Below, in pieces: positions 8,658 through 18,985 of a stretch of DNA of 64,000 bases; the stretch's first letter is position 1; every line of letters starts with the position of its first letter. Source of the DNA: an uncultured Candidatus Saccharibacteria bacterium (lineage in GTDB: Bacteria; Patescibacteriota; Saccharimonadia; Saccharimonadales; Saccharimonadaceae); NCBI GenBank assembly GCA_964520495.1, contig CAZFMZ010000001.1:216734-280733 (forward strand), read 5' to 3'. Below the pieces are notes generated by a model. That model made no database searches. It had not been told where the DNA came from and saw nothing but the letters and a program-made list of their open reading frames with translations. Both the position numbers and the translations under genes were made by a program.

Positions 8658-9191
8658 TTACTTACCTGCCTTTCCAGCCTTGCGCAGAATCGTTTCGTCA
8701 GCGTACTTGATACCCTTACCCTTGTACGGCTCAGGCTTCTTCAGGGAGCGGATTTCCGCAGCGGTCTGACCGACTTTCTGCTTGTCGATACCATTGACGG
8801 TGATCTCCATCTTGTTGACGGTCAGAGTGACGCCGTCCTGGGCCTTATATTTGACAGGGTGTGAGAAGCCGAGACTCATCTCGATTTCCTGTCCACCACC
8901 GTTGACACGGAAACCGACACCGTTGACCTCAAGCTTCTTCTCGAAGCCTTCGGTCACACCGACGACGGCGTTGTTCAACAGGGCACGCTGCAGGCCGTGC
9001 TGGGCCTTAGCGATTTTCTGGTCATCCTTGCGGGTGACCGTGGCGACACCATCATCGACGCTGACTGTTACGTCGCTCAGATGTGGCACGGTCAGTTCGC
9101 CTTTGGCTCCCTTGACGGTGATAACATCTGAGTCGACCGTGATTGTCACGCCTGATGGAATCTGAATTGGTAGTTTTCCGATTCGACTCAT
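8658..9191 (-). CDS. rplF: 50S ribosomal protein L6
   Basis: The N-terminus is MSRIGKLPIQIPSGVTITVD. Confidence 0.97.
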   Translation of the reverse strand: MSRIGKLPIQIPSGVTITVDSDVITVKGAKGELTVPHLSDVTVSVDDGVATVTRKDDQKIAKAQHGLQRALLNNAVVGVTEGFEKKLEVNGVGFRVNGGGQEIEMSLGFSHPVKYKAQDGVTLTVNKMEITVNGIDKQKVGQTAAEIRSLKKPEPYKGKGIKYADETILRKAGKAGK

Positions 9192-9216
9192 AGTAAATCC
9201 TTCTTTAATTGTTTCC

Positions 9217-9618
9217 TTAGTAAACCTTCAGCAGTACTTCACCGCCAAGTCGTTGCTTGGTGGCTTCCTGACCGGTGATAACACCCTTCGAGGTTGAAAC
9301 GAGCACGATACCGCGGCCGCTCTTCACCCGTGGGATGTCGTTGGCGCTGACGTACATGCGACGACCCGGTTTGCTCATGCGGGTCAGTTCGGTAAATGTC
9401 GCGTTCTCGCCCTCTTTGTTAATGGTGACGACCAGGGTGTCGCGCGGCTTGCCGGCTTCGACCTTGACGTCGGTCAGATAGTTATTCTTCTTCAGCTGCT
9501 CAGCGACGACCTTCTTCAGCTTGCTCGATGGCACGCGGACTTCGGTCTTGCCGACCATGGCAGCGTTCCTGATACGGGTCAGGAGGTCAGCGATTGGGTC
9601 TGTAGATTGTAGTGACAT
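9217..9618 (-). CDS. rpsH: 30S ribosomal protein S8
   Basis: The N-terminus is MSLQSTDPIADLLTRIRNA. Confidence 0.97.
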   Translation of the reverse strand: MSLQSTDPIADLLTRIRNAAMVGKTEVRVPSSKLKKVVAEQLKKNNYLTDVKVEAGKPRDTLVVTINKEGENATFTELTRMSKPGRRMYVSANDIPRVKSGRGIVLVSTSKGVITGQEATKQRLGGEVLLKVY

Positions 9619-9633
9619 ATGCTTACTCCTTTC

Positions 9634-9903
9634 CTACCAGCTACTCTTGGTTACGCCAGGGATCTCACCCTTGCTTGCTTTTTCGCGGAAGTTGATACGG
9701 TTCAGGCCGAAACGGCGCATGTAGCCGTGGGGACGACCGCTCAGTACGTCGCGGTTCTTCCAGCGGGTTGGGCTGCTGTTGAGAGGCAGCTTCTGCAGTC
9801 CCTCAACATCTCCTAGTTCCTTCAGCTCGGCGCGCTTGGCGGCGTACTTCTTGATCATTTTCTTGCGCTTTTCGTCGCGTGCGATCATGGATTTCTTAGC
9901 CAT
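9634..9903 (-). CDS. rpsN: 30S ribosomal protein S14 (long, Cys-free type)
   Basis: The protein is 89 aa, ends [27 protein letters not shown] and has no CxxC pairs. Confidence 0.95.
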   Translation of the reverse strand: MAKKSMIARDEKRKKMIKKYAAKRAELKELGDVEGLQKLPLNSSPTRWKNRDVLSGRPHGYMRRFGLNRINFREKASKGEIPGVTKSSW

Positions 9904-10487
9904 TACCTGTTTCCTCCTGCTTTCTCGAACGGCATACCGAATTTCTCCAGCAATGCACGGCTGTGGGCCTTGTCTTCATTCTTAATGACGAACGTGATCT
10001 GTAGACCGTGGATCAGCTGCGTTTCTTCGAAGGTCAGTTCAGGGAAGATCGACTGCTCGATCAGGCCGAGGTTGTAATTGCCGCCCTTGTCGAACGCCTT
10101 CGCCTTGACGCCGTGAAAGTCACGGACGCGCGGCAGGCTGATGCTGATGAGTCGGTCGAGGAACTCGTACATACGGGCTCCGCGTAGGGTGACCACTACG
10201 CCGATTGGCGCGCCCATCTGGGCACGGATCTTGAAGCCGGCGATTGACTTCTTCGCCAGGCGCTCAATTGGTGCCTGACCTGTGATTTTTGTCAGGGTGT
10301 TCTTGACGGTTTCAAGCGTGCGCTTGTCTTCCTTGCTCTTACCGGTTCCTACGCTTACGACGATCTTCTCGAGCTTCGGTACCTGATGGACGTTGTCGAG
10401 GTTCAGTTCGGCCTGCAGTTCCTTGACGTACTGTGTAGCGTACAAGGCTTTCAAGCGAGGAGCGGTACTAACGGCTGTCTTTGCCAT
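9903..10487 (-). CDS. rplE: 50S ribosomal protein L5
   Basis: The protein contains [12 protein letters not shown] and [23 protein letters not shown]. Confidence 0.97.
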   Translation of the reverse strand: MAKTAVSTAPRLKALYATQYVKELQAELNLDNVHQVPKLEKIVVSVGTGKSKEDKRTLETVKNTLTKITGQAPIERLAKKSIAGFKIRAQMGAPIGVVVTLRGARMYEFLDRLISISLPRVRDFHGVKAKAFDKGGNYNLGLIEQSIFPELTFEETQLIHGLQITFVIKNEDKAHSRALLEKFGMPFEKAGGNR

Positions 10488-10807
10488 TATTTAATCTCCT
10501 TGTTCTTTAGGGCGCGAGCGACACGGACTTTGGTGCCGTCGGCCTTGGTGGTAAATGCGACGCGGGATGTCTGGCTGGTCTTCTCGTCGACGACGAGCGC
10601 GACCTTTGAGACGTCAATCGGGACGTGGATGTCCTTCTTGCCACCGCGTGGGTTCAGCTGGCTTGGCTTGACATGACGGTGACCGACACCGACACCTTCT
10701 ACCAGGACGGTAGCCTTCTTGGTGTCGACAGCCAGTACCTTACCGGTCGTGCCTTTGTGTGCGCCGGCGATGATCTTTACCTGGTCGTTCTTGCGAATAC
10801 GTGCCAT
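10487..10807 (-). CDS. rplX: 50S ribosomal protein L24
   Basis: The KOW motif reads MARIRKNDQVKIIAGAHKGTTGKV. Confidence 0.96.
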   Translation of the reverse strand: MARIRKNDQVKIIAGAHKGTTGKVLAVDTKKATVLVEGVGVGHRHVKPSQLNPRGGKKDIHVPIDVSKVALVVDEKTSQTSRVAFTTKADGTKVRVARALKNKEIK

Positions 10808-10808
10808 G

Positions 10809-11177
10809 TTAGAGTACCTCCGGTGCTAAGCTGATAATCTTGGCGTAACCCATGTCACGCAACTCACGCGGGACCGGTCCGAAGACACGGGTGGCGCGTG
10901 GCGTCTTGTCATCGTTGATGATGACGGCGGCGTTGTCATCAAAGGCGATGGTCGAACCGTCTTTACGCTTGATCTGGTTGCGGGTACGGACGACGACGGC
11001 TTTGACAACCGACTTCTTCTTGACGTTACCAGTCGGGTTAGCGTCCTTGACGGTCGCGACGATGACGTCACCGACGTGAGCGTAGCGACGCTTGGTGCCA
11101 CCGAGTACGCGGATGCAGAGGATTTCCTTCGCACCGCTGTTGTCGGTCACCTTGAGGCGGGATTCCTGCTGAATCAT
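10809..11177 (-). CDS. rplN: 50S ribosomal protein L14
   Basis: The N-terminus is [18 protein letters not shown]. Confidence 0.97.
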   Translation of the reverse strand: MIQQESRLKVTDNSGAKEILCIRVLGGTKRRYAHVGDVIVATVKDANPTGNVKKKSVVKAVVVRTRNQIKRKDGSTIAFDDNAAVIINDDKTPRATRVFGPVPRELRDMGYAKIISLAPEVL

Positions 11178-11461
11178 TACGCTTCCACCTCCGTGACGTC
11201 TTCCTTCAGGTCGAGGCTGCCTTTCGAGCGCTCCTCGATGTTCGCCAGCTGGAAGCTTTTGGTCTTTGACACAGGGCGGATCTCAGAAATCTGCACCTTG
11301 TCTCCCATGTGGGCGTCGTTCTTCGGGTCGTGAGCCTGGTACTTGCGGTTGACAGTATACTGCTTGCCGTAAATAGGATGAGTCTCACGACTAGTCACAG
11401 TGACGGTAATAGTCTTGTCGCGACTGTCCGAAGTCACGATACCGGTCAATGTCTTGGCCAT
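11177..11461 (-). CDS. rpsQ: 30S ribosomal protein S17
   Basis: The protein begins [22 protein letters not shown]. The start is placed after the rpmC stop, and the ORF track's N-terminal extension was trimmed. Confidence 0.93.
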   Translation of the reverse strand: MAKTLTGIVTSDSRDKTITVTVTSRETHPIYGKQYTVNRKYQAHDPKNDAHMGDKVQISEIRPVSKTKSFQLANIEERSKGSLDLKEDVTEVEA

Positions 11462-11462
11462 A

Positions 11463-11681
11463 TTATTTACTCTCCTTTGCTGCCAGCTCTTCGGTACGGA
11501 TGGCCGTGAGCAGGCGGGCGATTTCTTTGCGTGTAGCGGTGATGCTACGGGGGTTAACGAGTTCACCGGCGTGGTTGGACTTCTTCAGCTCGAACAGGTC
11601 GGCGCGCTTGGCGGCCAACTGCTCGCGCAGGCTTAGTTCCTTCTTCGCGGCAGGTTTCTTGGTTGTCTTGGTTTCAGCCAT
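11463..11681 (-). CDS. rpmC: 50S ribosomal protein L29
   Basis: This is a 72-aa helical protein containing LREQLAAKRADLFELKK. Confidence 0.93.
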   Translation of the reverse strand: MAETKTTKKPAAKKELSLREQLAAKRADLFELKKSNHAGELVNPRSITATRKEIARLLTAIRTEELAAKESK

Positions 11682-11685
11682 AACG

Positions 11686-12099
11686 TTACGCCTCCTCCCG
11701 CTTGATGAACTTAGTCTTTACCGGCAGCTTGTGGGCAGCCAGGCGCATCGCTTCACGGGCGATGTCTTCCGGCACGCCTTTCATCTCGAACATGACGGTA
11801 CCAGCCTTCACCTTGGCGGCGAAATATTCCGGGTTACCCTTACCGCTTCCCATCTTCACGTCCTGCGGCTTCTTGGTCACGGGAGTGTGCGGGAAGATGC
11901 GGATCCAGATCTTACCACCACGCTTGATGTAACGGGTCATCGCCTGACGGGCGGATTCGATCTGACGGCTGGTAACGCGTTCGTTACTCTGTGCCTGCAG
12001 GCCGTAATCGCCGAATGCGACATAGTTACCGCGGGTAGCGTTACCCTTGTTCTTGCCGATGCGGACTTTTCGATATTTGGTCTTCTTCGGTAGCAACAT
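11686..12099 (-). CDS. rplP: 50S ribosomal protein L16
   Basis: The N-terminus is [19 protein letters not shown]. Confidence 0.97.
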   Translation of the reverse strand: MLLPKKTKYRKVRIGKNKGNATRGNYVAFGDYGLQAQSNERVTSRQIESARQAMTRYIKRGGKIWIRIFPHTPVTKKPQDVKMGSGKGNPEYFAAKVKAGTVMFEMKGVPEDIAREAMRLAAHKLPVKTKFIKREEA

Positions 12100-12101
12100 A
12101 T

Positions 12102-12740
12102 CTACTGGCTCCTTTCACCCTTGTTGATCCATACCTTGACGCCGGTGATACCACCGCCATTCGGCATTTGGGCTCGGGCTGTGTGGAAGTCGACGTCGGT
12201 ACGCAAGGTGTGCAGCGGGACTGAACCTTCCGATACTTTCTCGCGGCGGGCCATCTCAGCGTTGTTAAGACGGCCAGATACCTGGATACGGATACCCTTG
12301 GCACCAGCGTTCATGGTGTTGAGCGCTGCCATCTTGGTCGCACGGCGGAAGTTGATACGGCGCTCCAACTGACGGGCGATGTTCTCGGCTACCAGCTTGG
12401 CGCTTAGTTCCGGGCGCTTGACTTCCTCGATGTTGATACGCACTGGTAAGCTGGCGATCTTTTCGATCTGTGCTTTCAGCTCGGTCACGCCGGCACCACC
12501 ACGACCGATGACGACACCAGCCTTGGCGGTGTGAATCGTCACGGTAATCAGGTTCGCGCTGCGTTCGATTTCGATCCGGTGGATGGTCGGGCGCGAGTTG
12601 TAGCGCTTCTCAATCAGATCGCGGATCTTGATGTCTTCAGCCAACCAGTTCGCAAAGTCTTTCTTGCCGGCGAACCAGCGAGAATCCCAGTTCTTGTGAA
12701 CCTGGAGGCGGAAGCTGATTGGGTTTACTTTCTGACCCAT
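12102..12740 (-). CDS. rpsC: 30S ribosomal protein S3
   Basis: The protein begins [23 protein letters not shown]. The start lies right after the rplV stop. Confidence 0.95.
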   Translation of the reverse strand: MGQKVNPISFRLQVHKNWDSRWFAGKKDFANWLAEDIKIRDLIEKRYNSRPTIHRIEIERSANLITVTIHTAKAGVVIGRGGAGVTELKAQIEKIASLPVRINIEEVKRPELSAKLVAENIARQLERRINFRRATKMAALNTMNAGAKGIRIQVSGRLNNAEMARREKVSEGSVPLHTLRTDVDFHTARAQMPNGGGITGVKVWINKGERSQ

Positions 12741-12741
12741 G

Positions 12742-13146
12742 TTACTTCTCCTCTTCTTTCTTTGCTGCTGGCTTTGCGGCCGCAGGCTTCTTGGCTGGCT
12801 TGAGGGCACCGCTCACCTCGACCAGGATGTTGCTGGTCTTCTTCTGGAACGGACGAGTCATACCGCGCATGTGCGGCTTGAAGCGCTTCATGCGGGTACC
12901 GACCGTCACGCTCAACGTGGTGATCTGCAGGCTTTTACCGTCAAGTCCGTGGTTGTTAATCGCGTTGGCCTGCGCGCTGGCAATCGCCTTTTTCAGTGGC
13001 ACGCCGGCGCGACGAGGCACGTGGTCAAGGATAACCAGAGCGTCAGCCACCGAGCGGTTGCGGACCAAGCTGGCGACAACACTCACCTTGCGGGGAGCGA
13101 TTTCTACACCTTTGGCGTAGGCGCGGACAGTATTCTGCTCAGCCAT
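12742..13146 (-). CDS. rplV: 50S ribosomal protein L22
   Basis: The protein contains RAYAKGVEIAPRKVSVVASLVRN. It has a Lys/Ala-rich C-terminal tail. Confidence 0.95.
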   Translation of the reverse strand: MAEQNTVRAYAKGVEIAPRKVSVVASLVRNRSVADALVILDHVPRRAGVPLKKAIASAQANAINNHGLDGKSLQITTLSVTVGTRMKRFKPHMRGMTRPFQKKTSNILVEVSGALKPAKKPAAAKPAAKKEEEK

Positions 13147-13412
13147 TACTTCTTATCCTTTCCACCATGTCGACGGAACTTACGGGTCGGGCTGAATTCA
13201 CCCAGCTTGTGACCTACCATGTTCTCCGTGACGTAGACAGGCACGTGCACCCGGCCATTGTGGACGGCGAAATTCCTGCCAACCATGTCCGGAGTGATCG
13301 TGCTGGCGCGAGCCCAGGTCTTGATGACGGCGCGGTCATCATTCGACAGGGCGGCGACTTTCTTGGCCAGTTTCGCGTCAACGAATGGGCCTTTTTTGAG
13401 TGATCGACTCAT
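13146..13412 (-). CDS. rpsS: 30S ribosomal protein S19
   Basis: The protein contains [15 protein letters not shown] and [13 protein letters not shown]. Confidence 0.97.
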   Translation of the reverse strand: MSRSLKKGPFVDAKLAKKVAALSNDDRAVIKTWARASTITPDMVGRNFAVHNGRVHVPVYVTENMVGHKLGEFSPTRKFRRHGGKDKK

Positions 13413-13415
13413 AAA

Positions 13416-14255
13416 CTACCTCTTCCTCTTCGCGTCGTGGCGCGTTCGAACGATTAACTTGCTAGTGCTCTTGCGACGTCGGGTACGGTACCCGAGAGTC
13501 AGCTGGCCCCATGGCGTACGCGGTGCTTTACCGCTACCATGACGACCGCCGTCACCACCACCGTGCGGGTGGTCAGCGGCGTTCATAACGACACCACGGA
13601 CGGATGGTCGGATGCCCTTGCGGCGATTACGACCGGCCGAACCGACCTTGACGTTCTGATGCTGGACGTTACCGACCGTACCGATGGTAGCCTGGGCTTC
13701 CACGCGGAAGCGACGGACTTCACCGGAAGGCAGACGCACCAGGGCGTAGTCACCTTCACGGGCCATCAGCTGTGCCTTGGCACCAGCTGAACGGACCATC
13801 TGCGCACCCTTGCCCGGGTTGATCTCGATGGCGTAAATGCTAGTACCGACCGGTATCTGGCTGAGCGGCATGCGGTTGGACGTCTCGATAGGCGCGTCCG
13901 GGCCACTGGCGATTTTCTTACCGACGGTCATGCTGGTGTCAGCGATGACGTAGTGGTACAGACCATGCTGGTCTTTGACGCGTGCGATACGGGCCGAACG
14001 GTTCGGGTCGTATTCAATCTGCTCGATCGTTGCTGCCAGACCTGGGGCCAGACGGTGGTTCACCAGGCGGTAGTGCCGCTTGACGCCACCACCACGGTGA
14101 CGCACGGTAATGCGGCCCTGGTTGTTACGACCGGCGTTCTGCTTCTTGCTCTTGACGAGGCTCTTGAGTGGCTTACGGGTCGTGATGTCAGACAGGTCTT
14201 GGCTGGTCATGCCGCGACGAGCAGGAGTAGTCGGGTTGTATTGCTTAATCGGCAT
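13416..14255 (-). CDS. rplB: 50S ribosomal protein L2
   Basis: The protein contains MNAADHPHGGGDGG and RTRRRK. Confidence 0.97.
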   Translation of the reverse strand: MPIKQYNPTTPARRGMTSQDLSDITTRKPLKSLVKSKKQNAGRNNQGRITVRHRGGGVKRHYRLVNHRLAPGLAATIEQIEYDPNRSARIARVKDQHGLYHYVIADTSMTVGKKIASGPDAPIETSNRMPLSQIPVGTSIYAIEINPGKGAQMVRSAGAKAQLMAREGDYALVRLPSGEVRRFRVEAQATIGTVGNVQHQNVKVGSAGRNRRKGIRPSVRGVVMNAADHPHGGGDGGRHGSGKAPRTPWGQLTLGYRTRRRKSTSKLIVRTRHDAKRKR

Positions 14256-14572
14256 TACTTCTTCTCCTCAGCGGCCTGCTCTGGCTGTTCGAACATCTGT
14301 ATCGAACTGCCTTCACGCAAGGTGACGTAGGCCTTCTTAGTGTCTTTACGGTTGGTCGTGCCTGGGTAGCGCTTCTTGCCACGGGAGTAGCGGATAGCCT
14401 TACCGGCCTGGACGGCGGTCGCCACGTTTGCGACAGTCACATCGTACTGCTCGCTGACGGCGGCGGCGATCTGCTGCTTGTTGGCGTCAAGAGGGACGTT
14501 GAAGACGTAGACGTTCTTCTGGCTCTGTCCGTACGCCTTCTCAGTGGCACGTGGGGTGATCAGGATATTCAT
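14255..14572 (-). CDS. rplW: 50S ribosomal protein L23
   Basis: The protein begins MNILITPRATEKAY. The start overlaps the rplD stop. Confidence 0.93.
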   Translation of the reverse strand: MNILITPRATEKAYGQSQKNVYVFNVPLDANKQQIAAAVSEQYDVTVANVATAVQAGKAIRYSRGKKRYPGTTNRKDTKKAYVTLREGSSIQMFEQPEQAAEEKK

Positions 14573-15189
14573 TACTTGATCTCCTTTCCGGTCAGCCATG
14601 CTTCAATCGTCTTGACACTTGATGGCGCCAATACGATATGATCGGCGTTCAGAATGTGGTAGACGCTCAGGTAGGTACTTCGGATAAGCAGGACATTCTG
14701 CAGATTGCTGGTAGCGCGCAGCAGTTCCGGTGTCTTTTCGTCGACGACGATAAGTGTCTTACGGTTCAGCTTGTTGCTCTCCAGGAACTTGACGATTTCA
14801 GCAGTCTTGCCGGTCGTCTTGACGTCTTTCACCACGATCTTCTTGGCTTTGTTAGCCAGAGACAGTGCCTGGGCGACGGCGACGCGCTTGCTGGTCGTAC
14901 TGAGACGCTTGGTGTGGTTCTCGTTGCCGGTCGGACCGAAGACGATACCACCGCCTCGCCAGATCGGGTTACGGCTGGAGCCGAAGCGGGCGCGACCGGT
15001 ACCCTTCTGCTGCCATGGTTTCTTACCACCACCACGGACATCGCCACGCTCAAGCGTTTTGGCTTGAGCCGAACGGCCGTTGGCTAGGTAGCTGTCGTAA
15101 GCGAGCTTGAGCAGCTCGTGATTGTCGACCTCGACGCCGAAGACGCTCTTCGGCAGGGTCGGAGTGGTTGTTTTGGTAGATTCAGCCAT
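14572..15189 (-). CDS. rplD: 50S ribosomal protein L4
   Basis: The protein contains GGGKKPWQQKGTGRARFGS. Confidence 0.97.
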   Translation of the reverse strand: MAESTKTTTPTLPKSVFGVEVDNHELLKLAYDSYLANGRSAQAKTLERGDVRGGGKKPWQQKGTGRARFGSSRNPIWRGGGIVFGPTGNENHTKRLSTTSKRVAVAQALSLANKAKKIVVKDVKTTGKTAEIVKFLESNKLNRKTLIVVDEKTPELLRATSNLQNVLLIRSTYLSVYHILNADHIVLAPSSVKTIEAWLTGKEIK

Positions 15190-15830
15190 TACGCGCTCCC
15201 TCCTTGTGCCAACGTCGCAAGCGAGGCGTTGATCACGATCAGACTTTTGCGTGGGCCAGGTACGGCACCCTTGAGGCCGATCAGGTTGTTCTCAGCGTCC
15301 AGGTAGGCCACCTCGAGGTTTGAGACGGTCACGCGCTCACCGCCCATACGGCCGGCCATGCGCTTACCCTTGAAGACTTTCTGCGGATACATTGATCCGA
15401 TCGAACCCGGCTTACGGACGTTACCGTTACCACCGTGGGTCTTCTTGCTGGTATTGAAGTTATGGCGCTTCACCGTGCCGGCGAAGCCTTTACCTTTACT
15501 GGTGCCTGTCGCGTTGACGTGGTCACCGAGTGCGAATGCACTTACGTCGATGGCGTCCCCGACTTTCAGGTCGGTTGGCAACTCTTCGACGCGGAATTCC
15601 CGAATATACTTCGGCGATGCTTTGCTGGCTTTCACATGTCCAGCGACGGCCTTGCTCAGGTTCTTACCCGATCCAAATGCAACCTGTACCGCATTGTAGC
15701 CATCTTTTTCAAGAGACTTCACCTGAGTCACGGTGACAGGGCCGGCCTGAATCAGGGTAACCGGCGTCGCCGTCCCATCCTCTGCCAGGATCTGGGTCAT
15801 ACCAATTTTGGTACCGAGAAGTGCTTTCAT
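15189..15830 (-). CDS. rplC: 50S ribosomal protein L3
   Basis: The protein begins MKALLGTKIGMTQI and is preceded by the SD-like sequence GGGAGAAAAGAAGG. The ORF track's N-terminal extension was trimmed. Confidence 0.95.
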   Translation of the reverse strand: MKALLGTKIGMTQILAEDGTATPVTLIQAGPVTVTQVKSLEKDGYNAVQVAFGSGKNLSKAVAGHVKASKASPKYIREFRVEELPTDLKVGDAIDVSAFALGDHVNATGTSKGKGFAGTVKRHNFNTSKKTHGGNGNVRKPGSIGSMYPQKVFKGKRMAGRMGGERVTVSNLEVAYLDAENNLIGLKGAVPGPRKSLIVINASLATLAQGGSA

Positions 15831-15936
15831 GCCTTCTTTTCTCCCACTTAAAATCCCCGGCGGCTGGCGGTATCCTGGGGTGGACCTACCAATTCGCACA
15901 GGAACGAGTTGTTATTACGTAATAAGTTACCAAGCT

Positions 15937-15966
15937 ATCGTAGCATGTTTACTACTGTTTGGTCAA
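15937..15966 (-). promoter_or_regulatory. Candidate promoter TTGACC-18-TACGAT for rplC and downstream genes
   Basis: The hexamers were read on the minus strand, in the gap created by the insertion between rpsJ and rplC. Confidence 0.45.
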
Positions 15967-15995
15967 GGGGTGACGCCGCAGCGTGACACGACGGC

Positions 15996-16343
15996 TCAGA
16001 TGACGATGCCGGCTGGCTGCATATGGGTGATGACGGTCACGACGATCAGCAGCGCGTACCATATCTTTCGGTCAGCCTGATGACGCTCGAAGGCCCGTAC
16101 CAGCAAGAAGCCCACGAAAAGGCCGACTGGCAACGCAGTAAAGACAAGCCCGCCCCATTGCAGCGGTTCGGTGAATTTTAGCCAGAACGTACCGAGCAGG
16201 AAGACGTGCACCAGCTTCAGGAAATAAGTGCCGTCACTCTCGAAGACTCGTTCATGAAGTTTTCTGCTACGGGGTAACTGTGAGGTGCCGCCCCCGTCTT
16301 TTTTTGTTAGCCGCGTCTTGGGCTTTGCTGTGTGTTTCGTCAT
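15996..16343 (-). CDS. Small integral membrane protein (about 115 aa, 3 predicted TM helices), function unknown
   Basis: The protein begins MTKHTAKPKTRLTKKDGGG, followed by hydrophobic segments FLKLVHVFLLGTFWL, LVFTALPVGLFVGFLLV and WYALLIVVTVI. The longer 192-aa ORF would overlap the divergent gene. Confidence 0.5.
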   Translation of the reverse strand: MTKHTAKPKTRLTKKDGGGTSQLPRSRKLHERVFESDGTYFLKLVHVFLLGTFWLKFTEPLQWGGLVFTALPVGLFVGFLLVRAFERHQADRKIWYALLIVVTVITHMQPAGIVI

Positions 16344-16401
16344 ATCTTCAACTGATTGTAATAAAGGTGGCCCACAAGCACAAGCAGTGTATACTATGGG
16401 C

Positions 16402-16707
16402 ATGGCTACTAAAAAAACTCCAACCAAGAAATCCGCTCCAAAGAAACCAACCACCAGGAAACCGGCCGCCAAGGCGAAAGCCGCCTCAGGCGCAGCCAGT
16501 GATTTCATGACCTTCCGCGTCACGAAAGAAACCTTCCACTGGGTTGTATTGGGCGTGGTCGTGCTATTGTTCACCGTCTGGATCCTGCGCCTGCAAAGTG
16601 ACGTCCAGTCGCTGTATGACGAGATTGAGATCCGTCAGGCCGATACCGACAGCACTTTCGTCCAACCGACCGAACCGGCCAAGAAGACTGACGACAAGAA
16701 GAACTAG
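16402..16707 (+). CDS. Small single-pass membrane protein with a Lys/Pro/Ala-rich N-terminal tail
   Basis: The protein begins MATKKTPTKKSAPKKPTTRKPAAKAKAAS, followed by the TM segment WVVLGVVVLLFTVWIL. ATG 16402 lies 6 nt after the -10-like hexamer TATACT. Confidence 0.5.
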   Translation: MATKKTPTKKSAPKKPTTRKPAAKAKAASGAASDFMTFRVTKETFHWVVLGVVVLLFTVWILRLQSDVQSLYDEIEIRQADTDSTFVQPTEPAKKTDDKKN

Positions 16708-16725
16708 CTACCAGTCAGCTGCAAG

Positions 16726-16756
16726 AAAAACACCGCTCTTTACGGGCGGTGTTTTT
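16726..16756. terminator. Bidirectional intrinsic terminator (serves rpsJ and the small plus-strand gene)
   Basis: The hairpin aaaaacaccgc ... gcggtgttttt is flanked by A and T runs. Confidence 0.7.
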
Positions 16757-16777
16757 ATGACGGCCGATTAGGGCTCT

Positions 16778-17095
16778 TTACATCCGGATTTCTGCGTCAA
16801 CACCGGCCGGCAGGCTCAGGTTCTGCAGAGAATCGATTGTCTTAGGCGTCGCATTGGTGATGTCGATCAGGCGCTTGTGCACCCGCATCTCGAAGCTTTC
16901 ACCACCTGTCTTGTAGACGTGCGGGCTCTTGATGACCGTGAACGTGCTCTTGCGGGTCGGCAGTGGCACGGGTCCGGCGATAGAGGCACCGGTACGGACC
17001 GCGGTGTCAATGATTTGCTTGGCTGACTGGTCGATCACTTTATGATCGTAGGCTTTCAGGCGGATACGGATCCGCAGACCTTCTTCTTTGGCCAT
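16778..17095 (-). CDS. rpsJ: 30S ribosomal protein S10
   Basis: The protein contains [19 protein letters not shown] and [17 protein letters not shown]. Confidence 0.97.
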   Translation of the reverse strand: MAKEEGLRIRIRLKAYDHKVIDQSAKQIIDTAVRTGASIAGPVPLPTRKSTFTVIKSPHVYKTGGESFEMRVHKRLIDITNATPKTIDSLQNLSLPAGVDAEIRM

Positions 17096-17203
17096 GAATA
17101 TTACTCCTTCAAGGCTTGTATGCCGTAACCTCTGGTTCGAATCGTGTCCTTTGGGGGCTCACGTCTGACCGAGTTCTCGGCAAGATTAGTAACTACATCC
17201 GTT

Positions 17204-17232
17204 AATATACCACAACGGGTGACCTCTGTAAA
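17204..17232 (-). promoter_or_regulatory. S10 promoter TTTACA-17-(TGg)TATATT with a leader of about 100 nt
   Basis: This extended -10 promoter was read on the minus strand. It lies back to back with the plus-strand promoter. Confidence 0.55.
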
Positions 17233-17233
17233 C

Positions 17234-17262
17234 TTGCTTTTTGATTGTGTTTATGCTATAAT
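17234..17262 (+). promoter_or_regulatory. Promoter TTGCTT-17-TATAAT driving a leaderless mRNA
   Basis: ATG 17269 lies exactly 6 nt after the -10 hexamer. Confidence 0.55.
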
Positions 17263-17268
17263 TAAAAC

Positions 17269-17595
17269 ATGAACTTGTATACGAAGGAACGGGCGCTCCA
17301 CCTAGAGCGGGAGAATAAGCGCTTCCGTGAAGTGAGCCGCGTCAAGCAGGCCCTTGCCCACTCCGTCCTCTCACGTATCCATGAAGAATGGGAAGCGGAT
17401 CCTGAAGCGAGTCTTATCCGGGCAGACTTCAAACGTCCACTCGATGGCCTTGCCCGCCGCATCCTGACCCGCCACCCGGAAACGGTCAGTAGTCGCGTGA
17501 ATATCGGACGGATGGTCGTCCTCCGTCTCGACGAGAGCAGCGAACCGCCGGTATTAGAAATCTGCCTGGGCGAATGTCCCGACAGCGAAGAATAG
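17269..17595 (+). CDS. Hypothetical 108-aa protein inserted between tuf and rpsJ
   Basis: It has a clean ORF, its own promoter and a strong terminator. I recognise no family. Confidence 0.55.
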   Translation: MNLYTKERALHLERENKRFREVSRVKQALAHSVLSRIHEEWEADPEASLIRADFKRPLDGLARRILTRHPETVSSRVNIGRMVVLRLDESSEPPVLEICLGECPDSEE

Positions 17596-17606
17596 GCGAA
17601 CGACAC

Positions 17607-17639
17607 AAAAATACCTCCGATTGCTCGGAGGTATTTTTT
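17607..17639. terminator. Bidirectional intrinsic terminator (serves tuf and the 108-aa ORF)
   Basis: The hairpin is aaaaatacctccga-ttgc-tcggaggtatttttt. Confidence 0.75.
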
Positions 17640-17655
17640 CGGACGGGACAACTGA

Positions 17656-18840
<1,185 letters not shown>

Positions 18841-18914
18841 TGAGATTTGTTCTCCTTTATTACTAATAACTTAAGCGCGCAAGTCCAAAGAACCTCGCAG
18901 GCGCAATAGTGTCA

Positions 18915-18943
18915 ATTATACATGGTTACCTCAAGTCCGTAAA
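18915..18943 (-). promoter_or_regulatory. Candidate tuf promoter TTTACG-17-TATAAT
   Basis: A leader of about 70 nt ends in the SD sequence AAAGGAGAA. Confidence 0.45.
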
Positions 18944-18985
18944 GAGTAACCCGTGGAGTCGTCGGAGCGGATTCGCCGGCTTGGC

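Noticed and set aside
7900-8769. A 289-aa plus-strand ORF, plus similar long antisense ORFs at 11449..12093, 22642..23562, 48898..49734 and 62381..63061.
   Set aside because: They lie antisense to well-supported genes (rpsE/rplR, rpmC/rplP, cyoB, the PLC-like gene/recG, clpC). Their composition is Arg/His/Asp- or Ser/Thr-rich and typical of shadow frames in moderately GC-rich DNA. They have no independent start signals.
16285-16574. The long versions of the two small ORFs in the rpsJ-rplC gap (140 aa on the plus strand, 192 aa on the minus strand), which would overlap each other by about 290 nt.
   Set aside because: Internal ATGs at 16402 and 16343 give non-overlapping divergent genes. Each is preceded by a -10-like hexamer, and the extended N-termini look like out-of-context hydrophobic or low-complexity read-through.
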